From assembly GCA_051294375.1 (NCBI GenBank), contig CM119264.1, positions 23,630,858 through 23,694,857 of the forward strand: a stretch of 64,000 nucleotides of DNA. The letters run 5' to 3'. The translations under genes were made by a program, and so were the position numbers. Position 1 is the stretch's first letter. Every line of letters starts with the position of its first letter. Positions 37,227-49,944 of the stretch are shown here, piece by piece. This DNA is from Paraspadella gotoi (taxonomy: Eukaryota > Animalia > Chaetognatha). Below the pieces are notes generated by a model. The model was not told the DNA's origin. It worked only from the letters and a program-made list of their open reading frames with translations, and did no database searches.

Positions 37227-38863
37227 ATGACGACGTTCAAAATTCTCGCGTCCATCGACGACGTTCATGAAGATATACTTTACGTAAAAAAGTGCGCGCT
37301 TGAATTTCCTTCAACATTTATTGAAGTTTCAATGGATTTGAAAAAGATTCTTGTTACTGGTCTGAAAGAAATAAAGGCTCTGAACGAAACAAGGACTAAA
37401 GAACTCGCCAACGAAATCTTTGGAAAGATTGAAGAACGATTCGGAAACCTTGAAAAACAATTTTGTGAATCCACTGCCCTCAATGAGGCGGCAATGGAAA
37501 AGATTATGGCAGAGACTTGGGCTCAATTTGATAAATTGAAAGAAGACGAAATTTCTGCTAAAGATCATGAGCTGCGCGCCGTTACAGAAGAACTCCGTTT
37601 AACGAAAGAACTGTTGGTTTCTGAGCGGGCTCGTTCAGCATCGCCTCCTGTCATTTTTCGAGGACCACAGCCCACATCAAACGATGGGGGAGAAATCTAT
37701 CCTTCTGTAGCTTTCACATTCCCCAAGAACCGAAAATCATTACAACGGCGATTGAAACAAACAACGAGGCCGTTGGTAACGCCAACGTCTTCCTACTGAA
37801 GAGACAGTGATAATTGTTATGTGTTAGTGACAGAACCGTTCAATATAAGCAGTCCTGAGCTTCGGATCAGGCTGTAACACCATGTTACAGGCGGGTTAAG
37901 CGCCCCGTCCCTATTAACTGCCAAGACGACCACCGGCTAGAACCCCGGACCTTTGGGTTGGGAGGCGAATGACTTGCCTCCGGCACCAATGGCCGCTGAT
38001 GAACGGTTGGTGGGTTTTAGTCCACCATACATCCCCCCCTCCCGAGAGAAGATGTCTGTTGCGTCTCTCAGTGAATTGTTGTTGGTGGAAAGTCGTCACC
38101 AAGTTGAGCATGTCGCCTGATGTGTTGGGGCGGAAAGTGCATCGCCAGGTTGAGGCATGTCGCCTGAAAGTGTTGTTGTGTTGTGTCGGAAGTCGGGCTC
38201 ACCAATGAAGAGACAGTGATAATTGTTATGTGTTAGTGACAGAACCGTTCATATAAGCAGTCCCTGAGCTTCGGATCAGGCTGTAACACCATGTTACAGG
38301 CGGGTTAAGCGCCCCGTCCCTCTTAACTGCCAGACGACCACCGGGCTAGAACCCCGGACCTTTGGGTTGGGAGGCGAATGACTTGCCTCCGGCACCAATG
38401 GCCGCTGATGAACGGTTGGTGGGTTTTAGTCCACCATGACTACTATTCTTCGCCGCGACCAGTGAGGAACTTCTCATGCCTGTACTGCAGTTTGGACCAC
38501 GATCTTGCCTTCTGCTTTAGATTTCGTAGTTTAGACGCGGAAAGGAAACTAAAATTCGTCATGAATCAAAGATTGTGCTTTCGATGTCTGAGACCGGGTC
38601 ACGTGGCCCGGCTATGCGAATCTAAGAGTCGGTGCGCTGTTTGTGATGGCCGGCACCACTCTACTCTCCACGACACTTCAATTTGCATACCAGTGACGAG
38701 AACTCGTGCAGTTTCAATTGCGGAAAAGACTTTGAATGCGAATCTGATGACTCAACCTAGATTTGGGTCACAGGATACATCGATCACGACGAGCTCAAAG
38801 CTGGGAATAAGAGAAACATTAATTTTTTCTGAATCCAAAGAAACCAAAGATGAAAAAAAATGA
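37227..38863 (+). pseudogene. BEL/Pao gag-like ORF (~329 aa) interrupted by the inner TRIM
   Basis: 37227-37796 (coiled-coil-like) joins in frame to 38444-38863 after removing the TRIM and one TSD (..TSSY|YSSPRP..). Triple knuckle CLYCSLDHDLAFC, CFRCLRPGHVARLC and CAVCDGRHHSTLH. Confidence 0.85.
37797..38439 (-). mobile_element. Complete inner TRIM: 5' LTR 38439-38206, PBS, 176-bp internal region, PPT, 3' LTR 38029-37797
   Basis: Direct LTRs of ~234 bp. Sense-strand PBS TGGTGAGCCCGAC (tRNA-Trp-like) and PPT GGGAGGGGGGGATG. TSD CTAC at 37793-37796 and 38440-38443. No ORF. Confidence 0.92.
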
Positions 38864-40119
38864 ATAGTGAAGGAAATGTTTTCTTTGTTTGTTTAAACTA
38901 TCGTTAATCAATGAATGACTTTTGATACGCATTTTCTCACCTTTATTGAATTGGTTCTAATTTTACTGGTTTTTATTTTTGCGTGATATAGACTCGGCTT
39001 TATTTTGTCAATGTTTATATTGACAGATGGGGGTGAAAGAACGTTTTGCCTCGTCTTTATATCTTTATCTCGGTCACATGAACGCGTCCTTATTTTAAGC
39101 ATTTTTACGGTCAATTTTTGCTCTGGTCGTCTCAACGTTTGGCGAGAATCTCGATCAATTTTCATTCGTTTTCTGGATCGAATCATGAACTTTTAATCGT
39201 CTGTTCGAAACTTCGTTTCTACGAGTTTCTGTACCGTGTTTTGTGTGTTTTCCAAATAAAATGCGTTTCTAGAACTCTTGTCGATACATTTTGGACGGAC
39301 GACGCTTGGAACGTTAGTCTCCGCGGGCGAGAAGATAGATTATTCTACAGTAACACCATGGTGGGTTAAGCGCCCCGTCCCTCTTAACTGCTAGGCGGCC
39401 ACCGAGCTAGAAGGCCGGACCTTTGGGTTGGGAGGCGAATGACTTGCCTCTGGCACCAATGGCCGCTGATGAACTGTTGGTGGATTTTAGTCCACCATAC
39501 ATCCCCCCCTCCCGTAGGAAGAAGTCTGTTGCGTCTCTTCAGTGAATTGTTGTTGGTGGAAAGTTCGTCACCAAGTTGAGCCATGTCGCCTAATGTGTTG
39601 TGGGCCGAAAGTGCATCGCCAGGTTGAGGCATGTCACCTGAAAGTGTTGTTGTTGCTGTTGTGTTCGGAAGTCGGGCTCACCAATGAAGAGACAGTTGGT
39701 GGATTTTAGTCCACCATAGGGTTACGTTAACCGTTAATTTTTGAGGAACTTTGCTTAACCATTAAACTAACATTTTTAACGGTAAACCGTTAAAATCGGT
39801 TAATTTTAAAATTTTACTTTAAATTTAAAATATTATTATTTAAATCACACTAAAGTATTTAATGGTATTTTATCTTTAACTCTTGCTCCTGAATCTTCTT
39901 TATCTTTTATTTCAAATAGATTAAGTAATAAGTATACATTTTAGTTGGTAAATGAAAAATTGGTTTGAGCAAACTATCTTGAATCTACCTTGATAATTTG
40001 GCAATTATTGTGATAAATCTTGCATACAAAACTTTTCTTTTGCCTCATAGCATAATAAAAATATACAAAAAGAAAAAGAAAGAAAAAACAATTGTAATTG
40101 AAAAAACGTAACTGTAAAA

Positions 40120-40163
40120 AGCGCTGATGAAGGCTCGAATTTATGAGCCGAAATATGTCTGCT
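40120..40163 (+). ncRNA. Minimal type I hammerhead ribozyme motif inside the hAT MITE
   Basis: AGCG-CTGATGA-A-GGCTC(GAATTTAT)GAGCC-GAAA-TAT-GTC-TGCT, then AATAAA and the tail ACAACGAAAGAAAGGATTA. Confidence 0.72.
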
Positions 40164-41149
40164 AAGATACAAAATAAAATCGTTGTACAAATTAAATCAA
40201 AAACTTTGTTATTCTCTCAAAAACAACGAAAGAAAGGATTATACCATGGATTCTAATTCTATATTTTGTTTTCTCATTCTCTTTTTCTTTCGTTATTTCT
40301 CTTCATTATTTTTCTAGTTGTTAGTTTCTTGAACGCTTGTTTTTTGTTTTAACAATGACCACAAATATAAATTATGAATTTTAATTTTTTGATTGTTTGA
40401 TTGATCGATTGATCAAAAGATTTATTGATTATTAAATATATTTTTAGTTTTTATTAATTTTTTTCATTCATTTCTATTTTATTTAATTTGCTTCTTTGTT
40501 CGTTTTAAAGGTGCTATAAAAAATAGCAGAATAGAATATATTATTTTATAAAAAAAATTAATTTGCAAGAAAAGGTTTGCAACTATCTGCATGTGCATAT
40601 ATATTATATTTCAAAACATTCTTTAATGTAAATGCATAAAATTAGTTAAAAGAAAAAAGGAAAAAAAATTTGGGAGAAAATAAGTAAGAAAAGAAAAATA
40701 AAAGAAAAAAGAAAGATAAAAGAAAAGGGGGAAAAGGAGAGAAAAGAAAGGGGGAAAACAAGGAGGGAAAAATAGAGGGAGAAAAAGAAAGGTACAGAAG
40801 GAGATAATGTTAGGGGAAAAAAGATTAAGAGAGAGATTAGGATAGAAAAAAGATTAAAAGGTTAAAAACAGGGAAAGAAAGAGAGGTGCAAAAATATTAT
40901 GATAAAAGGAGAGGAGAATAAGAGATGACAGAAAAAATACTTTTCTTTTAAAAAATCAGAGATCTTATATATTAAAAAAATCATATTTGAAAATTAACCG
41001 AATTTAACCGTTAAAATAAATATATTAACGGTTAGGTTAAAAATATTTTTAAACGTTAATAACCGTTAACGGTTAACGGTTAACGGTTATCGTAACCCAA
41101 GTAAAACTCGGCTGTAAAAATAATGAAAGTCACTCCTTCAGTCTTCAAC

Positions 41150-41245
<96 letters not shown>

Positions 41246-41439
41246 CTAACGAGGCTATTGAGGTTAGACTAATCAAAAAGTTGCATTCGGTCGCTTAGCG
41301 ACGGAAATCGGGGGAAACGACGACGACGACGACGACGACGACGACGTCGAGGACTACGACGGTGACAAACGACTAGGGCGACGGCGATGATGACTACGAC
41401 GACGACGTTAACGACGATATTAACCAATTCTTGTCAGCT

Positions 41440-42040
41440 GTCACGTGATTTACTGTGTTAAAGACTGTAAATACGACAATGGAAAGGATGACAACTACGT
41501 ATGACAAGTCTCATGTGTATTTATCACAATTAAAACCCTCGATTGTAATTGAAATGTTGATACAGATATAATATTTCGATATATAATCATTTATATATTT
41601 ATATTTATATATTTATATTAATCAAGTGATTTTCTGCACCCCTTAGTTTAATCTCAATGATGATGACAATGTTCAAGACAATAATAATATTTGTATCTCT
41701 CATCTCTTCTGATTTTAACGATAAAGACAATGACCATGATAATACTAATGAATTTTTGATCTCCAATCGGATGATTAGCTGCACCTTCTATTCCGATTTC
41801 AATGACTAGGTCGACGGCAATTATCTCAACTAAATTCAGATCTCCTATCACCCGATCGGCTCCAAAATTTATTTTGATTTTAAACGATAACTATTATAAC
41901 TATGAAAATACCGACGATTTTGTATATCCCGCCATTTGATTAACTAAACCTTCTATTCTGATTTTTAACAATTACGATGACAACTACGGAAATCTTTGTA
42001 TCTCCGTTCACGTGATTAGCTGCAACTTCTATTCAGATTT

Positions 42041-42096
<56 letters not shown>

Positions 42097-42165
42097 AACG
42101 ACGATACCGACGATCTTCGGATCTCCCGTCACGTGATTAACTGCGCCCTCGCCTCTGATTGCGAC
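41440..42165. repeat. Degenerate repeat TCACGTGATTAGCTGCA(C/A)CTTCTATTC interleaved with (GAC)n
   Basis: Copies near 41441, 41771, 41936, 42008 and 42129; three retain the E-box CACGTG. Confidence 0.6.
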
Positions 42166-43026
42166 GATAAAACGCACGAGGTTCGACAAAAGGGAAAATA
42201 AAACGCGAATCTATCGAGAGGATAAAGTAGGCGGACCGGGTGGGGAGGGGGGAGGGGGAGATGAGAAAGGGATGGGAGGAAGAAGGAGGGAGAGGAAGAG
42301 GAGGGAGGAAAAAAGACAAAAGAGGGAGAAAAAAACGAAAAGACAATTTCCTTAGTTTTGTCTCCGGTTGAGGAAGAGGAGGAGGAGAGGGAGGGATGAG
42401 AAGTGAGTAAAAACGATAAAAAGCGAACAAAGCAACAAATCCAATTACAATTGTATATGTAGATTAAACTGTGAGAATAAGCGACAAGATTTGTCGCGCG
42501 GCCCGTCTCGCTCTCCCTCGCGTTGTCTCTCTCTTTCTCTCGCTCTGTCTCCCGCTCTTTCTCTTCATCCCGTCGCCATTCTTTCTTTCTTAGCTCGTCG
42601 CTTTCTCTCCGTCTCGCTCTCTCCCACGCCCTCTGGCTCCTTCCTTGCCTTGCCTTTCTCCATGCTCTGTCCTCTCTCTCTCGCACTTCTCTCGTCTCCC
42701 TCTCCCTCTAACCCAAAAGGAAAAGGCGCTCGAGTGCGAAGACCCCGAGGGAGAAACTCGCGGTGACATTTTCACCGAAATCACAAAAATCGGAAAAGCA
42801 ACAAAAAAAGAAAAAAATCGAAGGAAAAGAGAGGAAAGGAAAAAAGAAAAGGGAGGAAAGAAAAGAAAAAAGAAAAAACTAAAAGAGACGAGGAAATGGA
42901 AACTTGGACGCAGCGCCTCGGAAACGAGGGGCGTCGGAGAATTTAAAGAAAACACACGTGCGAGAAAGAGAGACCCGGGAAGAATGGAGAGAACAGATTG
43001 AGGAGAAGAGAAAGAAGAGAGAGAAG

Positions 43027-43076
<50 letters not shown>

Positions 43077-43783
43077 GAGGAGAGAGAAGAAGGAGAGAGT
43101 AGAGAGAGAGAGAGAACAGAGAAATAATAAGAAATAAAGAAGGTGAAGAACAAGGAAAGAGAAAGAGAGAAAGAGAATTTGTGAAAAGTAATTAAATATA
43201 TTGATTATAGTTTCACTTAAAACATTTTATTTTCTATTTGAATGGGGTGTTTTTTATTCTCTTCAAATTATGATACAGATGCATACCAAGTTACAACATG
43301 TACATAAACAGCAGAATGACAATGGAAAAATAATACACAGGCAAATTATTTGCAATTATTTACCTCCATTTTACTCGGGACACTTATCCTTAAGTTTAAT
43401 TTTCTTGCAACTCTCTCTATAGATCTTTTAGCTCTATAACTATTTTGAGTTTTTGCCCCTTGTTATTATTTTCGTTCTTCTGTTTTTATTGACCAAACGA
43501 CGGAAAAAAAATGACAACAATAACAACAACCTCAAAGACGTCTATCGCAGGAAGATTGCGACGTCACCATCAATTACAAAGAAAATGTGGAGGAGGAAGA
43601 GGAGGAAGAAGAGGTGGAGGAGGGAAGGAGGAGGAGGAGGAGGTGGATGACGAGAAGGAGGAGCGCGATTACAAAGACGATTACAACAACAAAGAGTCGG
43701 GCATCGGACGAACGACTCCGAGATCGAAAGCCTCGTCAGAGTCTCTGCTGCAAAGTGCAGCATTTATGGCTGATCATAAAAGT

Positions 43784-43906
<123 letters not shown>

Positions 43907-45903
43907 TGGTCCGTTCTATAACTACAGTCGTTTCAGCAAATCGCCTTGGTGTCTCCGTTCTACAGAGAATTCCCTTTTATATGGCTGAGGAACGGCAGGG
44001 AGCAGTTTTTAAAAAGTAGTAAGTAGTAAGTAGTTTTTTTTATTTAATCATTATTGGTAAAGTTTAATTTAATTTGACTTGAGTTCAATTCCACCACGTA
44101 TAAGACGAACCTAACCTAATACAAAATCTACATACTAAAAAAAAAAAAAAAGGCAACGCTGTTTTTTTAATTCTTATTATTAATCCCCGAGCTCTTATTT
44201 CGTTTTAATCAACTCTCGACTTTACATCACGTTTCGCAATTTTTTTTCCTTCTTTTCTTTCGCGACGTCTTAAGTTTTTATTCTCGAATTTCTCTTTTTC
44301 TTTCTCTCTTTTTTCCTTTCCTTTAATTTTTTCTTCTCCGGAGATTACTTTCGGATTTTAAATTTTTAATTTCGAAAATTTCGAATCTCTGCATATTTCT
44401 TTTTCTTTTTTATATTTTAATTTTTTTTAAAAAATTTTCCATGAAAGAAAATAAATTTGTCTTTGGTGTCCTTCTTTTTTTCTCTTCTGTTTCTTTCACT
44501 CGCGTTTGGCGACTTAAATGGGCGAGATTTTCTTTCTCATCGTTTTTAATTGTAGTTAATAATTAGTTATAAAAAAAATTTAAGATTATCATTTATAATT
44601 GATTAAAAACAAAAAAGGACTTTAATTCTTCGTGACGAGACATTCGCTATTCAAAATCGGCTAAGATTAAACCGCCAACAAATCTTAAGTCACTAGTTAA
44701 GTCACTAGAGCTTACCCGCGGCTTATAAGTGGTACATTATCTAAATTGATTCTCATAAGATATTTTAATAAAGCAGCGCTATTTTGGAAAATAGCGAAAT
44801 GAAATTACTGCATCCTGAACCCGACTTGAAAAAATATTAAAACAATTACGTACCAAAATTATCATTGATATATATAAAAATTATAACAAAAAACGACTTT
44901 TACAACCAGAACAAAAACCTCGTGGATAAATTAAAGGGAAAATACAACATCTTACTCAAAAATTATTACAAAAAATATCAAGAGTAAAAAGACAAAGACA
45001 AACACGTTATAAACGACAACACGGAAAACATCCATAACAACAACGACGACAAAAACGAGCGAGCGACGCTGTGCGGCGCTAGTCTCTGATTCGGACGTCG
45101 AATCGCAGCTGTAAATAACGATTCTAATGAAAGAGGGAGGATCGAGAGGCGAGGGGGAGTGACCGTGGGCGGGGCTGTTGGGTGGTGAAGGAACTGTAGC
45201 GGGTGTTATTGTTGTGGAGGTGGTAATGAGGATTGTGGGTGTCACACCGAGTCAGTCAGTCACGAGTGAAAAGTTGTTTTTTTTGTTATTCCAATTTGTC
45301 TCTTCATTGTGCCACATTCGAGCTAATTTCGAGCAAAAAATTTGGCGAGGGAAGAAAAATTTTTTAGGGGAGAAAAAAACGCAAAGAAAATTTCTCATTT
45401 TCACTCTCGAGTTGAGAAAATCTCTCGGGGAAAATAACTTGAATCTACCGTAAAAAAAAATGGGGCTCTCCAAAAATATTTAGATAGTTTTGTAAAAGAA
45501 AATTCTTAAACCAACCGAATTGAACGTCAAAATAGATAAAGACAATACGTCAAATAAAAGGTAAAATTTTAAAGAAAACAAATTTGACAATAAACATAAA
45601 AACTTTATAATGTTACTAAAAAAAAGCCAATCTAAGGCACATAATGAAATGTTTTAAAAAGAAAAATACAAAAAATTTAAAAAAATAAATCGAATACCAC
45701 TTAGAAAAAGATAAGAAAATTAAATCCAACTAAAAACCAGATTTAAAAAAGGGTTTGAATAGAAAAATCTAACAAAAAAAGCAAATCCAACAAAAGCCAT
45801 TTTCTTTTCCCAAAAGTCTTTTTTTCCTGTGGCGCCGAAGCGTGTCGCCGCCAAATTGAAGTGTCTCCGGACGTTTCTTTCCTTTTCCTTCCTTCCTTCC
45901 TTC

Positions 45904-45993
<90 letters not shown>

Positions 45994-47711
45994 CTCTTTC
46001 CCCAGGCATGCTTGGATGCCGTTTTCTCCCCCATTTCTCTTAATCTTCTTCTCTTTTCCTTTTCCCACTTTTCCTTCTTCGTTTTCGCGCCAAATTTTTT
46101 ACGATTAACCTTTTGTTGACGTTTTGTTTTTCGTGTTCTGAATGAATTCGGCAAAGAGCGCCATCTCGACGCCGTATCATTGCCACCTCGATGCCAAAAG
46201 GCTCGCCATCCCAACGCCACCGCTTTCCTCTATCGCCATCCCGGTATTTTTGTGAAATTTTTGAACCGACAAAAAATGGATGACGGGAAAAACTCATTTT
46301 TGAAAAACAACAAAAATAAACAAAAATAGAATTATCAATCGCGAAAAAAAAAACTAATTAGCTCTCTGTAAAAAATGTTGCCACCATTTTTTTTGAATAA
46401 AGGAGAAACGAAATTTTGGTTTCTTACTCTTCATCATTTTTAAGGGGAAATGAAATACAATGAATCGACGATTTAAAAGAGATTCCACGCTTTTTCATCT
46501 CATTTAACTGGTTGTTCCTCTTAATTTTTTAATAAAAAGAGATTTCTCGCTTTTTCATCTAATTTAACTGGTTGTTCCTTTTAATTCAACCCCCCCCATC
46601 TCGTCTCTACCAACGCCCTCTTTCACCCCAAGGCCTCTTACCAATTAAATCATCCCTGTCTCGCCCACATCACCACACCACACCACTCCTCTCCTCTCCC
46701 AACACTCCCCACGACTATATCTTTGATCTCACCAGGAAATGAACGGCGTCCATTTTGGGTTCCGAAGCCGAAAAGAGAAGTCGACTCCACGATCTTCTTT
46801 CCCGCCATCTCATTGGATCTTCTTCCTCCCAAATGACATCGACCAATCGACCAATCGGATCTTCCTTCCAGTTTAATTAATCACCCGATCCTTCAATGAT
46901 CTTACCTGATTTCTCCTTAAGGCGTGACCTCATGCTTTGACCTCATCTGATCTCGTCGATCTCATCAGATCAAAAATAATCATCAGATCCCATTTTTTCT
47001 CATGAGATCTACGCAATTTCTTTCCGTCTTTTCTTTTTTTTGCAGATCCCATCGGTTGTCTCTCTCATCCCCATGACCTCATCGGATCCGACTCCACTCA
47101 ATGACCTCATTCCCGCCCTAATTGCCCAAACATTATTCTCATCCACCCTACTTTCTCTGCTCTTCGTTTTATGAGGCTTCTCCTCGTTTCCACTCTCCCA
47201 GTCTCTCCCTCCTTCGTCTCATTCCATTCCTTTCTCGATTTCGTTTCATCTCCCTTTCTTTCCCCGATCCTCTCTTATCCCGCTTGTCCGACTTCAATGT
47301 TTGAATATTTATTTATTTTAGATCTAACTTAACATAATTTACCTTAATTATGATAATTAATTGATTCTTAATACTAAAGATATCCGACTTTTAAAAAAAA
47401 AACACTTACGTACTTCATTTCCCCTCCCCCCCACCGCTCCGTTCCCATCCCTACCCATCTTCTTCATCCCCCACCCCCACGGATTCAACTGATCCAATAA
47501 CCTTTTGATCTTTCGTAGATCGGGAAACGAATGGCGCTGCGGACCCCGAACTCTGGAAGGAGTCGAGGTCACGTGATTGGGGGTCGAGGTTACGTGATTC
47601 GAGGTCAGGGTCACGTGATACGGGTCAATGAGAGACTGGAAACGATAACCCATTAAAGCCAATCACGCGAAAATTTGGGGAGAGAAGGGGGAAAATGGCC
47701 CTCTGCTCGTT

Positions 47712-47757
<46 letters not shown>

Positions 47758-47995
47758 GTTATTGATTCATTTGAATTATTTTTCTTTCTGCTGAATTCAT
47801 TTAATTTCTTTTTAGCAAAAAATTGGGCACTAAAATTTATAAAAAAAGCATAATTTTTCCAATTTTAGTAGGGAATTTTGCATATTTTATATGCCATATT
47901 TACTGTAAATAATTTTTTAATTCTGAGACCAAATGAGAATTATGAACTTACCTCTTTTCGTCTCTCTCTCTCTCTCTTCACACACTCCTCTCTCT

Positions 47996-48092
<97 letters not shown>

Positions 48093-48916
48093 CTCTCCTC
48101 TCTTCTCTCTCTCTCTTCTCTCTCTCTCGTCTCCCATCGGCGAACGAGCCAAGTTTTTCGCTTAATGTTTATCGATTCCGTTGGTGGCGCTGATGCGATC
48201 GGTGGCGCTGCCGACATTGATAGCTTTGCCATCGGCGTTTGTGGCGCAAAAAGTATTGCTAGGGCTGATGGTATTGTTGTCGCTGATGGCAATAGAGGAA
48301 GGGGGATCATTTGTGATGCTTGTGGACGTGTTAGTATTAAATTTTGGGTTTTCTTCGCGACTTACAAATTTATTTAATTTTTACATTTATTTTAAAATTT
48401 AAATAATTAGAATTGTAATTGTAAAGTCTAATTCAGTAAAACAAGTAATTTTGCAATTTTTTATAAATAGTTAACACTCGCAACACACGAACGGTGTTAA
48501 CCTATAAAAAAAACAAAAGGGTAAAGATGAAAAATGAAAATAAATTTTGTAGAGAACGATTGAAAGAAAAAGAAAAAATATATTTTTTTTTCTCTCTTTC
48601 TATCATTCTTAAATTCTTTATTCCTTGTTTTTTCTTTTTCTTTCAATCGTTCTCTACTTCAAAATTTATTTATAAATAAAAATATAAATATATTTATTAC
48701 ACTGTTTTTTTTTNNNNNNNNNNAACAGTGTAATATTTATATAATAAATAAATAACAAGAAAAAAAGAACGAAAGATAAAAAAAAAAAAGAAATGAATAA
48801 GATTCAATTAAAATCTTTTTTGAAAAATCGTCGCCGACAATTGTCGGTCATTTATCGGCAGACGTCGGTTTCTTTGGCCTCGGAATCTTTGGTTCTGTGA
48901 GTCGCGTCGTTCAACA

Positions 48917-48951
<35 letters not shown>

Positions 48952-49389
48952 TTTGTCTTCGTAAAATCGTCGTTTTGATGCCAACGGGAGAGAAAGGTAA
49001 ACGGAAGAAAAGAACAATTAAAAGAGACAGAGAAAAGTTAAAATGAAAGAATACTGAATAGTGAAGGAGAAAAAAGTTTTTAGTAATAAGAGAGAGAAAA
49101 AGAGAGAGCAGGGAGTAAGAAGCAGAGAGAAAATATAGTGGAAAATAGGTTGGATAAAGGATAATTAAGATGGAAAGAAAATGAAAAAAAAATGGGGGGG
49201 GGGGAAAAGAATAAGAGGGGAAAAATGGAAAATCGGAGAAAGAAGTAGCAAAAGGGCGAAAGAAAGATATAAAGAGAAGATAGAAACTTGATTGAAGTGG
49301 CTCGTAAAAAAGCCTTGGCTCGAGTTAATTCATTCGAGGCATCAAGATCTCGATTCGAGGTCCAATAAAAAACCAGACCAAGTCCGAAG

Positions 49390-49790
49390 GGAAAAGCGAA
49401 TCTCCCGATCGGCTATAGGAAAGACGAGGCAAAAAGGGGAAAGCGAATCCCCCAATCGGCTGAAGCGAAGTTAAGGAAAAAAAAAAAGAAAATCGAAAAT
49501 CTCCAATTCGCTGCTATGAAAAAATGGGGAAAAATGAATTTCAGGATGAGGAAGAAAGACGAAATTAATTATCAAACATAAAAGTAAATGTTTTTGGGTA
49601 AAGCAAAGAAAAAGTAAAAAAGGAAAAGCGAATTTTCCTATCGGCTAAAATGAAGAAGAAAAAAAGATAAGTGAATCTCCTGATTGGCAGGAACAAAGAC
49701 GAGAAAGGGGAAAGCGAATTTTCCGAACGGGCGAACAAAAAAAGACGGAGCTACAAAAGTTGAAAAAGAGAATCCTCCGATCGGCTAAAT
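49390..49790. repeat. Degenerate ~45-bp minisatellite with core AAAGCGAATCTCCCGATCGGCT
   Basis: About 7 recognisable cores with purine-rich spacers. Confidence 0.65.
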
Positions 49791-49944
49791 GTATTATTAA
49801 TACCGATTTGCATTGTCCATGTTTTATTTTCTCATTCGGAAATAAAAAGTTTTTCTAAAATAAATGATTTAGTCTTTAAAACTTTGAACTTAAAAACTTA
49901 CGCCATCTCAATCACTCAATTTTCAAATATGCAAGGACTTTTCA

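Larger units (their letters stand above)
36854..39349 (+). mobile_element. Gag-only BEL/Pao-like LTR retroelement, LTRs 36854-37169 and 39034-39349
   Basis: Two 316-bp TG...CA LTRs differing at one position by eye. 5-bp TSD GTAAC. Short PPT GATGGGGG before the 3' LTR. No pol. Confidence 0.9.
36771..39718 (-). mobile_element. Outer TRIM with tRNA-like LTR. One LTR is split by the BEL-like element; the other is deleted down to 39685-39718
   Basis: TSD GGGT at 36767-36770 and 39719-39722. LTR pieces 36771-36853 plus ~39355-39499. PPT complement CATCCCCCCCTCCC at ~39500. PBS complement GTCGGGCTCACCA at 39671-39683. Confidence 0.88.
36765..41100. mobile_element. hAT-type MITE whose left TIR is split by the TRIM insertion
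   Basis: 8-bp TSD GTAAAACT at 36757-36764 and 41101-41108. Rebuilt left TIR TAGGGTTACGTTAACCGTTAA vs right TTAACGGTTATCGTAACCCAA. Subterminal (TTAACCG)n motifs at 39727-39805 and 40995-41090. Confidence 0.85.

Noticed and set aside
37990-38029. CTGATGA in the TRIM LTR as a hammerhead core (retrozyme)
   Set aside because: Antisense to the PBS/PPT orientation and not followed by stem II plus GAAA; it belongs to the AACCGTTCA/TGAACGGTT helix.
36765-39722. 6-bp TSD TAGGGT with canonical TG...CA LTR ends
   Set aside because: TA follows CCACCA in nearly all LTR copies, including the internal junction, and the left TA belongs to the hAT TIR. A 4-bp TSD fits all insertions better.
44952-45245. 97-aa ORF with a hydrophobic tail
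   Set aside because: Low-complexity composition, no homology recognised and no clear splice partners.
49390-49790. CRISPR-like repeat-spacer array
   Set aside because: Eukaryotic context, degenerate cores, low-complexity related spacers and no cas genes; it is a minisatellite.
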